A stretch of 64,000 nt of DNA from the NCBI GenBank assembly GCA_965204575.1, contig OZ241993.1:224001-288000 (forward strand), written 5' to 3'. The notes beneath the pieces were generated by a model that was not told where the DNA came from, made no database searches, and saw nothing but the letters and a program-made list of their open reading frames with translations. Numbering within the stretch: position 1 is the stretch's first letter; each line of letters begins with the position of its first letter. The position numbers and the translations under genes were made by a program. Source of the stretch: an uncultured candidatus Porisulfidus sp. (GTDB lineage: Bacteria; Pseudomonadota; Gammaproteobacteria; Poriferisulfidales; Poriferisulfidaceae). This document shows positions 8,114 to 18,260 of the stretch, one piece after another.

Positions 8114-10222
8114 TCAGACCGAACCCAGGCTCCGGGAATCTCCGAGCCAGCGTTCCATGATCGGTTCCACTGCCTCCGGATCTTTCTGGATGAAGTCCTG
8201 GGCGATCCGCTGCACCCGTTTCAATTGCTGTTCATCCCGGGAAAGGTCCGCCACCCGGAACACCATTTCCCCGGCCTGACGGACTCCGAGCAATTGGCCC
8301 GGCCCGCGCAGATGCAGGTCCCGTTGCGCAATTTCAAACCCGTCGGTTGTCTCCCGCATGATCTGGATGCGGGTTCGGGCATTTTCCGATAGCGGCGACT
8401 TGTACAGCAACACGCAACTGCTTTGCTCGGAGCTACGCCCAACCCGACCGCGGAGTTGGTGTAATTGCGCAAGTCCCAGGCGCTCTGCATTCTCGACTAC
8501 CATCAGTGAAGCATTCGGGACATCGACGCCCACCTCGATGACCGTGGTCGCCACCAGAAGCTGAACCTCTCCACTTTTGAAACGCTGCATGACCCGGTCC
8601 TTGTCCGGCGCCTTCATCCGTCCATGCACCAGACCCACCTCAAGCTCAGGCAGCGCCTGGCAGAGCCGCTGCCAAGTACTTTCCGCAGCCTCGCATTGCA
8701 ACGCCTCGGATTCTTCCACCAGCGTACAAACCCAGTATGCCTGCCGCCCTTCCCGGCAAGCCTCCCGAATCCGTTCCATCAGTTCATCCCGCCGGTCTTC
8801 CGCCATAACAGCCGTCTTGACCGGTTTTCGTCCCGGGGGCATTTCATCCAGAATCGAAGCGTCCAGATCGGCATAGAACGTCATGGCCAGGCTGCGCGGA
8901 ATCGGGGTGGCCGTCATGATCAGCTGGTGGGGGTGCGTTTCTTTCCCCTCGCCCTTGCGCCGCAAGGCCAGGCGCTGGTGAACCCCGAACCGGTGTTGTT
9001 CGTCGATGATCAGCAATCCCAGCCGGTCGAAGTTTACGTCTTCCTGGATCAGGGCATGCGTCCCGATCACAATACGGGCCTGATGGCTCCGGATGCGCGC
9101 CTTCTCCTCCGCTCTCTGCTTGCTTGTCTGGCTGCTCGACAGGAATGCCACCGGAATATTCAACGGAAACAGCCACTCCCAAAAACTGCGGTAGTGCTGT
9201 TCCGCCAACAACTCGATCGGAGCCATCACCGCCACTTGCGCATCCGAGGCGGTAACGCACAAGGCGGCAACCAGCGCGACGATGGTCTTGCCGGAGCCCA
9301 CGTCGCCCTGCAGCAAGCGCATCATGGGGTGGTTGCGGGCCAGATCCTGCCGAATCTCCTCGATGACCCGCTCCTGTGCTTGGGTCAGGCGAAAAGGCAG
9401 GCGTTCCAGGAACTGGCTAATTAATTCGTCGCCTTCCGGGAACGAATCCGCCTGCCGCTGCTCGGCCCGATCGCGCAGACGGATGAAACTCAAATGGTAT
9501 GCGGCCAACTCTTCCACGATCAGCCGTTGCCGGGCCGGGTCGGATTCCGAAAGCAGGGTCTCCATATCCAGCCCCACCTCCGGTTCGTGCAGGCGGCGAA
9601 GCGCTTCGGTAAAGCCGGGCAGGCCCTGCTTCCTGAACAGGTCTTCCCAAGCCGGATGCTCAAGTTGTGCCGGATGGGTTTCGGCCCACTCCAGCGCACG
9701 ACGAATCAGCTTGCGCAGGGAAATCTGCGCAAGTCCCTCCGTCGCCGGATATACCGGGGTCAGGCTGGCGGCAGCGTGTTCGGAAGCGCCAGCCGAGACA
9801 GGTTCGTATTCCGGATGAAACATCCGGAACGTCCGACGCCATAGCTTGACTTCCCCGAAGCAACGCACCCGCGTGCCCGGGACCAGTTGTTCCTGCTGAA
9901 ACGGGCTGAAGCGCATAAAGCACAGCTCCAACGTGCCTGGAGAATCATCAGCCAACTTGACCCGTAGCCTGCGCCCCCTGTAGAGCTCGACACGGGCATC
10001 CTGCACGATGCCCTCGACCATGCAGCGAACGTTCGGACGCAACGCGTCCAGGGAAACCACGCGGGTCCGGTCCTCGTAGGCCCGGGGCAGGTGCAGCAAC
10101 AGGTGGTCGATTCGGAAAATGCCCAAACGGGCGAGTTTCTCGCACACCCGGGGGCCAACGCCGGGCAGTGCGCGAAGTGCCGCCTCTGCCGGGTCGGAAG
10201 CGGGTGGGTCAGTCCGGGTCAT
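8114..10222 (-). CDS. recG: ATP-dependent DNA helicase RecG
   Basis: LQGDVGSGKT, IDEQHRFGV, MTATPIPR, QLHQLRGRVGR; start set at MTRTD. Confidence 0.96.
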   Translation of the reverse strand: MTRTDPPASDPAEAALRALPGVGPRVCEKLARLGIFRIDHLLLHLPRAYEDRTRVVSLDALRPNVRCMVEGIVQDARVELYRGRRLRVKLADDSPGTLELCFMRFSPFQQEQLVPGTRVRCFGEVKLWRRTFRMFHPEYEPVSAGASEHAAASLTPVYPATEGLAQISLRKLIRRALEWAETHPAQLEHPAWEDLFRKQGLPGFTEALRRLHEPEVGLDMETLLSESDPARQRLIVEELAAYHLSFIRLRDRAEQRQADSFPEGDELISQFLERLPFRLTQAQERVIEEIRQDLARNHPMMRLLQGDVGSGKTIVALVAALCVTASDAQVAVMAPIELLAEQHYRSFWEWLFPLNIPVAFLSSSQTSKQRAEEKARIRSHQARIVIGTHALIQEDVNFDRLGLLIIDEQHRFGVHQRLALRRKGEGKETHPHQLIMTATPIPRSLAMTFYADLDASILDEMPPGRKPVKTAVMAEDRRDELMERIREACREGRQAYWVCTLVEESEALQCEAAESTWQRLCQALPELEVGLVHGRMKAPDKDRVMQRFKSGEVQLLVATTVIEVGVDVPNASLMVVENAERLGLAQLHQLRGRVGRSSEQSSCVLLYKSPLSENARTRIQIMRETTDGFEIAQRDLHLRGPGQLLGVRQAGEMVFRVADLSRDEQQLKRVQRIAQDFIQKDPEAVEPIMERWLGDSRSLGSV

Positions 10223-10233
10223 CCGGGCCGGTG

Positions 10234-10620
10234 TCAGGCACGTAGATTCAGGATCGCATCCATTTCGACCGCCGCGCCCTTCGGGAGCGCTGCCACGCCC
10301 ACCGCTGCGCGCGCCGGATACGGCTCTGAGAAATACTCGGCCATCACTTCGTTGACCAGAGGGAAATGACTCAGATCGGTCAGGTACACCGTCAGCTTGA
10401 TGCAGTTCGCCAGACTGCCGCCGCTGGCACCGGCGACCGCACTGAGATTGTCGAACACCCTGCGGATTTGCGTCTGCATGTCTCCTTCGACCATTTGCAT
10501 GGTCTGGGGATCCAGGGGAATCTGGCCGGACAGGAACACCCAATCCCCGCTGCGGACCGCCTGGGAATAAGTGCCGATGGCATCGGGCGCGTCGGATGTG
10601 TGGACGGGTTCGAGAGGCAT
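10234..10620 (-). CDS. ridA: RidA/YjgF family enamine deaminase
   Basis: [33 protein letters not shown]. Confidence 0.92.
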   Translation of the reverse strand: MPLEPVHTSDAPDAIGTYSQAVRSGDWVFLSGQIPLDPQTMQMVEGDMQTQIRRVFDNLSAVAGASGGSLANCIKLTVYLTDLSHFPLVNEVMAEYFSEPYPARAAVGVAALPKGAAVEMDAILNLRA

Positions 10621-10687
10621 GTGCGAAGAAAACGGCGGATGCGCCAGAATTATACGCAAGAAACAGTCCGCGATTGTCTTCAGACGC

Positions 10688-10999
10688 TTACAGTTTGACG
10701 ATCAAGGCGACCGCACCCACGATAAGGCCAGACATCATCAACATCCGCACCGTCAGGCGCGTTTCAAGGGCTGCCAGTTCGATTTTAGTTGGGTAGTTTT
10801 CTAACGCGGTCTTCAATTCAGCTTTCAGTTCGGCCTTGGTCGGGTAATTTCCCAGTGCAGCCTTCAGTTCGGCCTTTAGCTCGGCTTTCGTCACCATGTT
10901 CTGGGAGATGGAACTGAACGCGGAGACCACCGCCTCGGCCTGCGGTCCAGAAAATCCGCCTTTCTTCAGGTTGCGGGCCACTTGGAGGGTGTCGAACAT
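10688..10999 (-). CDS. DUF1640/CCDC90-like coiled-coil protein with C-terminal TM anchor
   Basis: [25 protein letters not shown] head, TKAEL repeats, hydrophobic tail. Confidence 0.75.
   Translation of the reverse strand: MFDTLQVARNLKKGGFSGPQAEAVVSAFSSISQNMVTKAELKAELKAALGNYPTKAELKAELKTALENYPTKIELAALETRLTVRMLMMSGLIVGAVALIVKL
10778..10893 (-). repeat. About 2.3 copies of a 51-bp coding tandem repeat
   Basis: Encodes [17 protein letters not shown] / [17 protein letters not shown] / TKIEL. Confidence 0.75.
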
Positions 11000-11500
11000 G
11001 GGGCGCTGCCTAGATTCCCGAATGCCCGAGCACTTGGAAGTCTGGGCAGATGCGGTCGGGAGTTCGGATGTGGCTTCCTCCGGGATTCGGTGAGCTTGGG
11101 TCACAATGATAGCACCTCAGAAATGAAATGGAAAAGTGCTGTTGTAACTGAAGCCTATCTTTATTGCAAGGGAAAATGGTCGGTTTTTTCAGACCATTTA
11201 TTCCCTCACACAAATATTTGATAATTATGTAATTTTTTCGTAATGTTCTAGAGAATGTAAAGTTTTGGGTTTATATTGCTAAGTGCCGGTGACATTGGCA
11301 GGCCAGATTCCTCGCCGGCCACAACTGGAAATTGCTAACTTGGAATGTTTTCAGCATTGATCTGGGCCTTCATCGGCACCGCTCCTTGAATTCCTGCACC
11401 ACTCGCCTAGAACTTTATTCATGGGCTGAGTACGAACTCTACAAAAGTTTGGAGAACCCTATCACGATCGGCTAACAACTAGAAGAAGATTTGCTGGCTT

Positions 11501-11923
11501 TCAGAGTGTATTGCGTGAAACAATCCACCTCAATATGAATCTAGCAAATGAAAGTACTGGCGCAATAATTCCAAATACTATTGCGACTCCTGTGTAGCCC
11601 ATATAGACTGCACCACCAGCCACAGTTATCAGCAGCACTCCAAATAAAATAGCCCCAAAGATAATTACGCGCTCGTTTGCCCTGAATGCTCTAGTATCCG
11701 TTGCCCTGATCTCCTGTTCCTTCTCCGCCATTTCCAAGATTCTAAGTGCTGCGCCTGGCACTATCTGGTTGTATTCACGAAAGGCTTCTGTTGTCGGAAG
11801 GGGTCCTTGATGGACGAACAAATATTCAGTTATCTCCTGTTTCTTCTCATCCGGAAGGTCGGCAAGCAGTTGTTCTAATTTGTCCTCCCGCTTCTCTGGG
11901 AGTGGTGTATCTTTTTCACCCAT
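11501..11923 (-). CDS. DUF2335-like membrane protein (low GC)
   Basis: HQGPLP...FREYNQIVPGAALRILEMAEKEQ followed by two TM helices. Confidence 0.8.
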   Translation of the reverse strand: MGEKDTPLPEKREDKLEQLLADLPDEKKQEITEYLFVHQGPLPTTEAFREYNQIVPGAALRILEMAEKEQEIRATDTRAFRANERVIIFGAILFGVLLITVAGGAVYMGYTGVAIVFGIIAPVLSFARFILRWIVSRNTL

Positions 11924-12185
11924 CTGTGTGCCGCGCACCTTCTATCATCACTTTGGATACTGCGGTCTCGAAATACCCGCGAATGGCGAGTGCATCCGCA
12001 TGTAGCCCCTCACCACGTTTCAAGGGAGGGCGGAGAGTCATAACCCCAGGATGCAAGTACACCAAAGAAGCAGAATCAATGAGCTCGTTTTGATGTTTGG
12101 TTATTAGTTTATTTATTGACAAAGTATGCTCCAAATTAAAAGGTTGTCCATATGATAATGATAACAAATCATCCGGTTGAAGCAA
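11916..12185 (-). CDS. Small hypothetical protein overlapping the DUF2335 start; start uncertain
   Basis: C-terminal ADALAIRGYFETAV resembles small ORFs I recall preceding DUF2335 genes; 8-bp overlap. Confidence 0.35.
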   Translation of the reverse strand: MLQPDDLLSLSYGQPFNLEHTLSINKLITKHQNELIDSASLVYLHPGVMTLRPPLKRGEGLHADALAIRGYFETAVSKVMIEGARHTDG

Positions 12186-12195
12186 TCCCTAAAGT

Positions 12196-13543
12196 GGCGC
12201 ATCACGGTTTTGTGTGGAATAGAGGGTCAGGGATAATGCTTCCGCGTTTTAGTCTGGAGTGTGGTCTGATGGAAGCAGTGAACAAGTTTTGCGAGATGCT
12301 GATGTTTCTGCATCCGCCGTGGGAGGTGGTCTCGGTGTCCTGTCGGGAAGGAGGCGAGGATCGCAGCCCGGGGCGCGTCACGATCGAGTTGGCCTATCAG
12401 GCGAAGAGCCTGGTGCCGTGTCCGGAATGCGGGACCTTGTGCAAGCGGCACGACACGAAGGCGCGGGAGTGGCGGGACCTGGATTTGATGGGTTGGCGCA
12501 CGACCTTGCGGGCCGAGGTGCCGCGGGCGAACTGCCCGGAGCACGGGATTCGGCAGATCGCGGTGCCGTGGGCGGAGTCCCACGGTCGTTTCACGATGCG
12601 CTTCGAGACGGAGGTGATCGAGGACCTGCTGGCGATGCCGCTGCGGGCGGTGGCGCAGAAGTGGGGGCTGAGCTGGCATCAGGCGGACGGCATCCGCTCG
12701 CGGGCGGTGCGGCGCGGATTGGCGCGACGCGGGCCGCAGGCACCGAAGCGGATCGGCATCGACGAGACCTCGTTCCAGAAGCGGCATGAATATGTCTCGA
12801 TCGTGGTCGATCAGAAGCCGGCGTCCGGGCGCAAGGGGGTGGTGCTGTATGTGGGAGACCGCAAGGATCAGGCAGCGGTGGAGCCGTTTTTCAGAGAGTT
12901 GGGCGACGCCGCCTGCGCGCAGGTTGAGACGGCCGCGATGGATCTGGCGCCGGCCTACATCGCGGCGACCCTGAAGTACACCCAGGCCGACATCTGCATC
13001 GACCGCTTCCATGTGGTGAGCCTGCTCAACCAGGCGGTGGACCAGGTGCGCCGGGCGGAGCACAAGAGGTTGCTGGCGCAAGGCGATGCCCGCCTGGCGG
13101 GCACCCGTTTCGACTGGCTGATGACCGAGGAGCGGATGGGCCCGGCCCGGCGCCAGCGTCTGGAAGCGTTACGCAAGGAGGACCTGAAGGTGGCCCGGGC
13201 CTGGATCCTGAAGGAACGGGCGGCGGAGATCTGGGCGTTGCGCGACCGGACCCTGGCCTACTACGCCTGGGAAGCCTGGCATCAGGCGGCGAAACGCTCG
13301 CGGCTGGCCCCGGTGATCAAGGCGGCGGAGACGATCTGGAAGCATGTGGAAGAGATCCTGAACGCCGCCGTGCTGGGCATCAGCAATGCCCTGTCGGAAT
13401 CCATCAACGCGAAAGTGCAGTGGATCAAACGCCAAGCCTGCGGCTACCGCAGCCGCGAGCGCTTCCGTGAAGCCATCTACTTTCACTTGGGCGGACTCGA
13501 CCTGTATCCGAGACCTCCGTTCCACACAATTCCGTGAAGACCC
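12196..13543 (+). mobile_element. ISL3 family insertion sequence (1348 bp)
   Basis: Ends read inward GGCGCATCACGGTTTTGTGTGGAA / GGGTCTTCACGGAATTGTGTGGAA; perfect TSD CCTAAAGT at 12188-12195 and 13544-13551. Confidence 0.95.
12269..13537 (+). CDS. ISL3 family DDE transposase
   Basis: CPECG Zn finger, IGIDETS, AMDL, IDRFHVV, SNALSESINAK..KRQACGYR. Confidence 0.95.
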   Translation: MEAVNKFCEMLMFLHPPWEVVSVSCREGGEDRSPGRVTIELAYQAKSLVPCPECGTLCKRHDTKAREWRDLDLMGWRTTLRAEVPRANCPEHGIRQIAVPWAESHGRFTMRFETEVIEDLLAMPLRAVAQKWGLSWHQADGIRSRAVRRGLARRGPQAPKRIGIDETSFQKRHEYVSIVVDQKPASGRKGVVLYVGDRKDQAAVEPFFRELGDAACAQVETAAMDLAPAYIAATLKYTQADICIDRFHVVSLLNQAVDQVRRAEHKRLLAQGDARLAGTRFDWLMTEERMGPARRQRLEALRKEDLKVARAWILKERAAEIWALRDRTLAYYAWEAWHQAAKRSRLAPVIKAAETIWKHVEEILNAAVLGISNALSESINAKVQWIKRQACGYRSRERFREAIYFHLGGLDLYPRPPFHTIP

Positions 13544-13603
13544 CCTAAAGTTTGATGCGGCGAGCCTGCCTGAACTGCTGCTACTAGATTCTCCTACTCA
13601 CCC

Positions 13604-15793
13604 TTAGCCCGACAGGCGAACGACCTTGCGCACATCCGGCAACCGTCGGACCGCCTTGATGATCGCAGCCAGATGAATCCGGTCGCGGACGTTCAGGATG
13701 AATCCCATATTGATATGGGCGGATCCCTTCGCCTCTTCCAGGTTGACTCCCTCGATATTGCAGCCTTCCTCGGCAATGGCGGCGGCAATACGGGCCAAGA
13801 GCCCGCGGCGGTTCTTGGTGGAAACCCGGATCGAGACCGGGTATTCGCCGTCCACCGTTTCCGCCCATTCGCAGGGAATCCACTGCTCCGGAGATTTGCG
13901 GAACCGTTTCAGGTTGGGGCAGTTGCTCCGGTGGATGACCAGCCCGTGTCCAGCCGACGCGATGCCGGTGACCGTGTCGCCCGGAATCGGCCGGCAGCAC
14001 TTGGCGAATGTGACCGCCATGCCTTCCGTGCCCTGCAACGCGACCGGCTGGTCCTGCTTCCGCCTCAACATGCGATCCAGCCAGCTGGCCGAACTGCGAG
14101 GCAACGCCTCTGCCCCCATCAATTGATGTGCCACGATCGGTGCCATCAGGCGGCCTAGCCCGATGTCTCGAAACAACTGCTGTGCATTCTCCACCTTCAT
14201 GGCTTCCAGAGTCTTCGAGACCTGCTCGCCCGGCAGATCCGTAAAAGTCTTCCCGGACCGGGCCAGCGCCTTGTCCAGCAATCGCATGCCCAATTCCTCC
14301 GCCTGTTCCTCTTTCAGACCTTTCAGGTACTGGCGGATGGACGAACGGGCCTTGGCGGTCACCACGAAGTCCAGCCAGGCCGGAGAAGGTTTGCCATGCG
14401 AAGCCGTCAGGATCTCGACCGTCTGGCCGCTACTCAGTTCCGTGCTCAGGGGAGAGGCGATGCGGTCGATTTTGACCCCGACGCAGGCATTGCCGATTCC
14501 GGAGTGAATCGCATACGCGTAATCCAGCGCGGTGGAGCCCTGCGGCAGGCGCAGAATGTCCCCCGCCGGCGTAAACACGTAGACCTCGTGCGGGAAGAGA
14601 TCCACTTTGACGTGCTCCAGAAACTCTACGGAATCCGGAGCAAGACGCCGGATGTCCAGAATGTTCTGCATCCAGGTCTTGGCGTGCGCCGGCAAGTAGA
14701 GGCTCGCGCCGGACTTGTAGTTCCAGTGCGCCGCGACCCCGCCCTCGGCCACCAGTTCCATTTCCTGCGTACGGACCTGGATTTCCAGCGGCACCGCGTC
14801 CGGGCCCTGCAAGGCCGTGTGCAGCGACTGGTAGCCATTGGCCTTCGGGATCGCGATGTAATCCTTGAATTTGCCCGGCAGCGGCTTGTACAGGCTATGG
14901 ACGACTCCCAGCACCCGGTAGCACTGATCCGCCGTGTCCACGATCACCCGGAACCCGTAGACATCGAAGACCTCGTTGAACGACAGGTGCTTGTCCCGCA
15001 TCTTGCAATAAACGCTGTAGACGCTTTTCTCGCGCCCCTCGATCTGCGCCTTGATCCCGCGCTCCTCGATATGCTGAATCAGGTTCTCGCGGACTTTCTC
15101 GACCCGGTCGTGCTGGCGCCCCCGGTGCGCCTGGATGGATTCCTCAAGGACACGGCTGCGCATCGGATAGAGCGTTTTGAAGGCACGTTCCTCCAGTTCC
15201 AGACAAAGTGCATTCATCCCCAGACGGCGCGTGATCGGCACATAGACCTCGAGGGTTTCGCGGGCGATTCGTTGCTGCTTTTCTCTCGGCAATACATCCA
15301 GCGTACGCATGTTGTGCAGGCGATCGGCCAGCTTGACCAGCATCACCCGGATGTCTCGTACCGTCGCCAGCATCATCTTGCTGAAATTGGCCGCCTGTGC
15401 CTCGCTGCGCGAGACCCCGTCCAAATGCGTCAGCTTGCTGACCCCGTCAACCAGGTGGGCCACATCCTCGCCGAATTCTTCCCGGATCTGATCGCGGGCA
15501 GTCGGTGTGTCCTCGATTACATCGTGCAGCAGGGCCGCAACAATCGTGTCCGCGTCCAGATGCAGGCCGGCCAACGTACAGGCAACCGACAGGGGATGAG
15601 TTATGTAGGGCTCACCGGACAACCGGTACTGCTCGGCGTGCCGCTCGGCACTGAATATATACGCCCGGTAGACCCGCCGGACCTGTTCCAGTTCCAGGTA
15701 CTGGTCGAGCTGATCGCAGAGGCTGTGGAAGCGAACCGGGTTCGGCGAGAGGCTGTCAACCGGCGTGGAAACCGATTCTATCGCCGCGGGCAT
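13604..15793 (-). CDS. spoT: Bifunctional (p)ppGpp synthetase/hydrolase SpoT
   Basis: SGEPYITHP, LLHDVIEDT, KLADRLHNMRT, KDYIAIPKANGYQSLHT, TGS and ACT domains; follows rpoZ. Confidence 0.96.
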   Translation of the reverse strand: MPAAIESVSTPVDSLSPNPVRFHSLCDQLDQYLELEQVRRVYRAYIFSAERHAEQYRLSGEPYITHPLSVACTLAGLHLDADTIVAALLHDVIEDTPTARDQIREEFGEDVAHLVDGVSKLTHLDGVSRSEAQAANFSKMMLATVRDIRVMLVKLADRLHNMRTLDVLPREKQQRIARETLEVYVPITRRLGMNALCLELEERAFKTLYPMRSRVLEESIQAHRGRQHDRVEKVRENLIQHIEERGIKAQIEGREKSVYSVYCKMRDKHLSFNEVFDVYGFRVIVDTADQCYRVLGVVHSLYKPLPGKFKDYIAIPKANGYQSLHTALQGPDAVPLEIQVRTQEMELVAEGGVAAHWNYKSGASLYLPAHAKTWMQNILDIRRLAPDSVEFLEHVKVDLFPHEVYVFTPAGDILRLPQGSTALDYAYAIHSGIGNACVGVKIDRIASPLSTELSSGQTVEILTASHGKPSPAWLDFVVTAKARSSIRQYLKGLKEEQAEELGMRLLDKALARSGKTFTDLPGEQVSKTLEAMKVENAQQLFRDIGLGRLMAPIVAHQLMGAEALPRSSASWLDRMLRRKQDQPVALQGTEGMAVTFAKCCRPIPGDTVTGIASAGHGLVIHRSNCPNLKRFRKSPEQWIPCEWAETVDGEYPVSIRVSTKNRRGLLARIAAAIAEEGCNIEGVNLEEAKGSAHINMGFILNVRDRIHLAAIIKAVRRLPDVRKVVRLSG

Positions 15794-15811
15794 GGCTCAG
15801 AAAGACAGGGG

Positions 15812-16261
15812 TCAGGCTCCCTTCGCAGGTTCTTCGCCTGGCTTCGGTTCATCGGAAACCTTCGCATCCTCGGCCCCTTGGTCCTCCGATGATGCCGTGC
15901 TGGCAGAAAGCTCCGTATCTTCATCCTCAGCCACGTCGAACTCGTCGTCGAAGTCCTCATCGTCGTCATGTGCGGCCGAGACATCCTCGACCACCATTTC
16001 CGCCGCCTGTTTGTGGATGGTTTCCAGATCCGAAGGGTCGATCTCGTCGTCCGGCTCCTGCATCGGCTGATCCAGGATGTCGGGCGTCACTTTTCCAGCG
16101 GCGATTTCCCGCAGGGCAAGCACGGCGGGTTTGTCGTTGTCCCAAGGCAGAAATTCGGATGCCCCTTTCTTGAGCATGTGGGCACGGCGGGCCGCCACCA
16201 GCACCAAGTCAAAACGGTTGTCGATCCGCTCCAGACAATCTTCGACAGTAATGCGCGCCAT
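15812..16261 (-). CDS. rpoZ: RNA polymerase omega subunit with acidic C-terminal tail
   Basis: [27 protein letters not shown]...[12 protein letters not shown]. Confidence 0.95.
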   Translation of the reverse strand: MARITVEDCLERIDNRFDLVLVAARRAHMLKKGASEFLPWDNDKPAVLALREIAAGKVTPDILDQPMQEPDDEIDPSDLETIHKQAAEMVVEDVSAAHDDDEDFDDEFDVAEDEDTELSASTASSEDQGAEDAKVSDEPKPGEEPAKGA

Positions 16262-16460
16262 TCCTGCAAACCTAAAAGAAAAAGGGACGGACAATTATAC
16301 CCGAGATGGAGGTCCGGAAAGTTCGTGCGGCGGTTTCTTTCCGCGAAATACCGTCTTCCGGCAACCCGGCAGAATTCTGCCCAATGATACAATGTGAATC
16401 GGCTGGCACTTGGCCGACTACCTGCTTCTCGGAACAACCCGCCAACATCAGGAGGTTTTT

Positions 16461-16787
16461 TTGAACGCCAATATTATGGCTGTCAGTGATGAGAGTTTCG
16501 GCAGTGAAGTTCTCTCCGGCGATGAACCTGTACTGGTGGATTTCTGGGCTGAATGGTGCGGACCCTGCCGGATGGTCGCCCCGATCCTCGACGAACTCGC
16601 AAAGTTGTACAAGGACCGCCTCAAGGTGGCGAAACTGAACGTGGACGAAAACCCGAAGACCCCGCCGAAGTACGGCATCCGAGGGATTCCGACCCTGATC
16701 CTGTTCAAGAACGGGGAGGTGGCCGGGCAACGCGTCGGCGCGCTGTCCAAATCGCAGTTGACCGCCTTCATCGAAGAGCACCTGTAG
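16461..16787 (+). CDS. trxA: Thioredoxin 1
   Basis: [15 protein letters not shown]; TTG start after GGAGG; precedes rho. Confidence 0.95.
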   Translation: MNANIMAVSDESFGSEVLSGDEPVLVDFWAEWCGPCRMVAPILDELAKLYKDRLKVAKLNVDENPKTPPKYGIRGIPTLILFKNGEVAGQRVGALSKSQLTAFIEEHL

Positions 16788-16994
16788 GCCTCTGCCCTCG
16801 CGGGAAGCCGTCCGACACCGCCAACCGGATGTGCTAGACTAGGGCATCTTTCCGGGCAGGGCATTCGCCCTGCGACAACCGACAATTCCAGGGAATCCTG
16901 CCGCATGCGGAGTTTTCCCCCTATCGGTGCAGCAATCTCTGCACCAGTTTCCACAACATCCACATCCACCATTCACCGACCCTTCCACATCAAT

Positions 16995-18251
16995 ATGAAT
17001 CTCACGGAACTCAAACGCACCCCTATCACGAAATTGCTTGAAATGGCCGAACAGGCCGGCCTCGAAAACGCCTCTCGCGCACGCAAGCAAGACCTCATCT
17101 TTCAACTGCTCAAGTCCCATGCCCGAAACGGAGAGGATATCTTCGGCGAAGGCGTGCTGGAGATCCTGCAGGAGGGATTCGGCTTCCTGCGCTCCCCGGA
17201 CGTGTCGTACCAGGCCGGCGTCGACGACATCTACGTCTCCCCCAACCAGATCCGCCGGTTCGGCCTGCGCTCCGGCGACACGGTATCCGGGAAGATCCGC
17301 CCGCCCAAGGAAAGTGAACGCTATTTCGCTCTCCTGAAAGTCTCGGAGATCAACTACGAGGCTCCGGAAAAATCCCGCAACCGGACGCTGTTCGAGAACC
17401 TCACCCCGCTGCACCCGGACCAGTGCCTGAAACTCGAGCGCGGCAACGGCAGCACCGAGGACATCACGGCCCGAATCATCGACTTGACCGCGCCGATCGG
17501 CAGGGGCCAACGCGGCTTGATCGTCTCGCCGCCCAAGGCGGGAAAAACCATCCTGCTGCAGAACATCGCGCAGAGCATTACAGCCAATTCACCGGAGTGC
17601 TACCTGATCGTGCTGCTGATCGACGAGCGCCCGGAGGAAGTCACCGAGATGGAACGGATGGTCCAGGGCGACGTGATCTCGAGCACCTTCGATGAATCCG
17701 CGAGCCGGCACGTCCAAGTGTCCGACATGGCGATCGAGAAGGCGCGCCGCCTGGTGGAGCATCGGCGCGATGTCGTGATCCTGCTGGATTCGATCACGCG
17801 CCTGGCCCGCGCCTACAACACCGTCGCGCCCTCTTCCGGCAAGGTGCTGACCGGAGGCGTGGACGCGAATGCCCTGCAACGGCCGAAGCGCTTCTTCGGC
17901 GCCGCCCGCAATATCGAGGAAGGCGGCAGCCTGACCATCATCGCCACCGCCCTGATCGACACCGGGTCGAAGATGGACGAAGTGATCTACGAGGAATTCA
18001 AGGGAACCGGCAACATGGAAATCCACCTGGACCGGCGAATCGCCGAGAAACGGGTCTATCCGGCCATCAACATCAACCGTTCCGGAACCCGCCGCGAAGA
18101 GTTGCTGATGGACCCGGCCGAATTGCAGAAAATCTGGGTGCTGCGCAAGTTCATCCATTCCATGGACGAGATCGCGGCCATGGAATTCCTGCTCGGCAAG
18201 CTTCAGGCCACCAAGACCAACGACGAATTCTTCGAGGCTATGAAGCGCTGA
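16995..18251 (+). CDS. rho: Transcription termination factor Rho
   Basis: [38 protein letters not shown]. Confidence 0.98.
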   Translation: MNLTELKRTPITKLLEMAEQAGLENASRARKQDLIFQLLKSHARNGEDIFGEGVLEILQEGFGFLRSPDVSYQAGVDDIYVSPNQIRRFGLRSGDTVSGKIRPPKESERYFALLKVSEINYEAPEKSRNRTLFENLTPLHPDQCLKLERGNGSTEDITARIIDLTAPIGRGQRGLIVSPPKAGKTILLQNIAQSITANSPECYLIVLLIDERPEEVTEMERMVQGDVISSTFDESASRHVQVSDMAIEKARRLVEHRRDVVILLDSITRLARAYNTVAPSSGKVLTGGVDANALQRPKRFFGAARNIEEGGSLTIIATALIDTGSKMDEVIYEEFKGTGNMEIHLDRRIAEKRVYPAININRSGTRREELLMDPAELQKIWVLRKFIHSMDEIAAMEFLLGKLQATKTNDEFFEAMKR

Positions 18252-18260
18252 GGCGAATCG

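Noticed and set aside
10223-10543. Extended RecG N-terminus
   Set aside because: Overlaps ridA in another frame; start placed at 10222
12196-13543. ISL3 as the helper transposase for the TIR-tnpB elements
   Set aside because: It also makes 8-bp TSDs and starts with GG, but its TIR core (TCACGG..TTGTGTGGAA) does not match the tnpB element ends beyond a short off-register GGAATTGT
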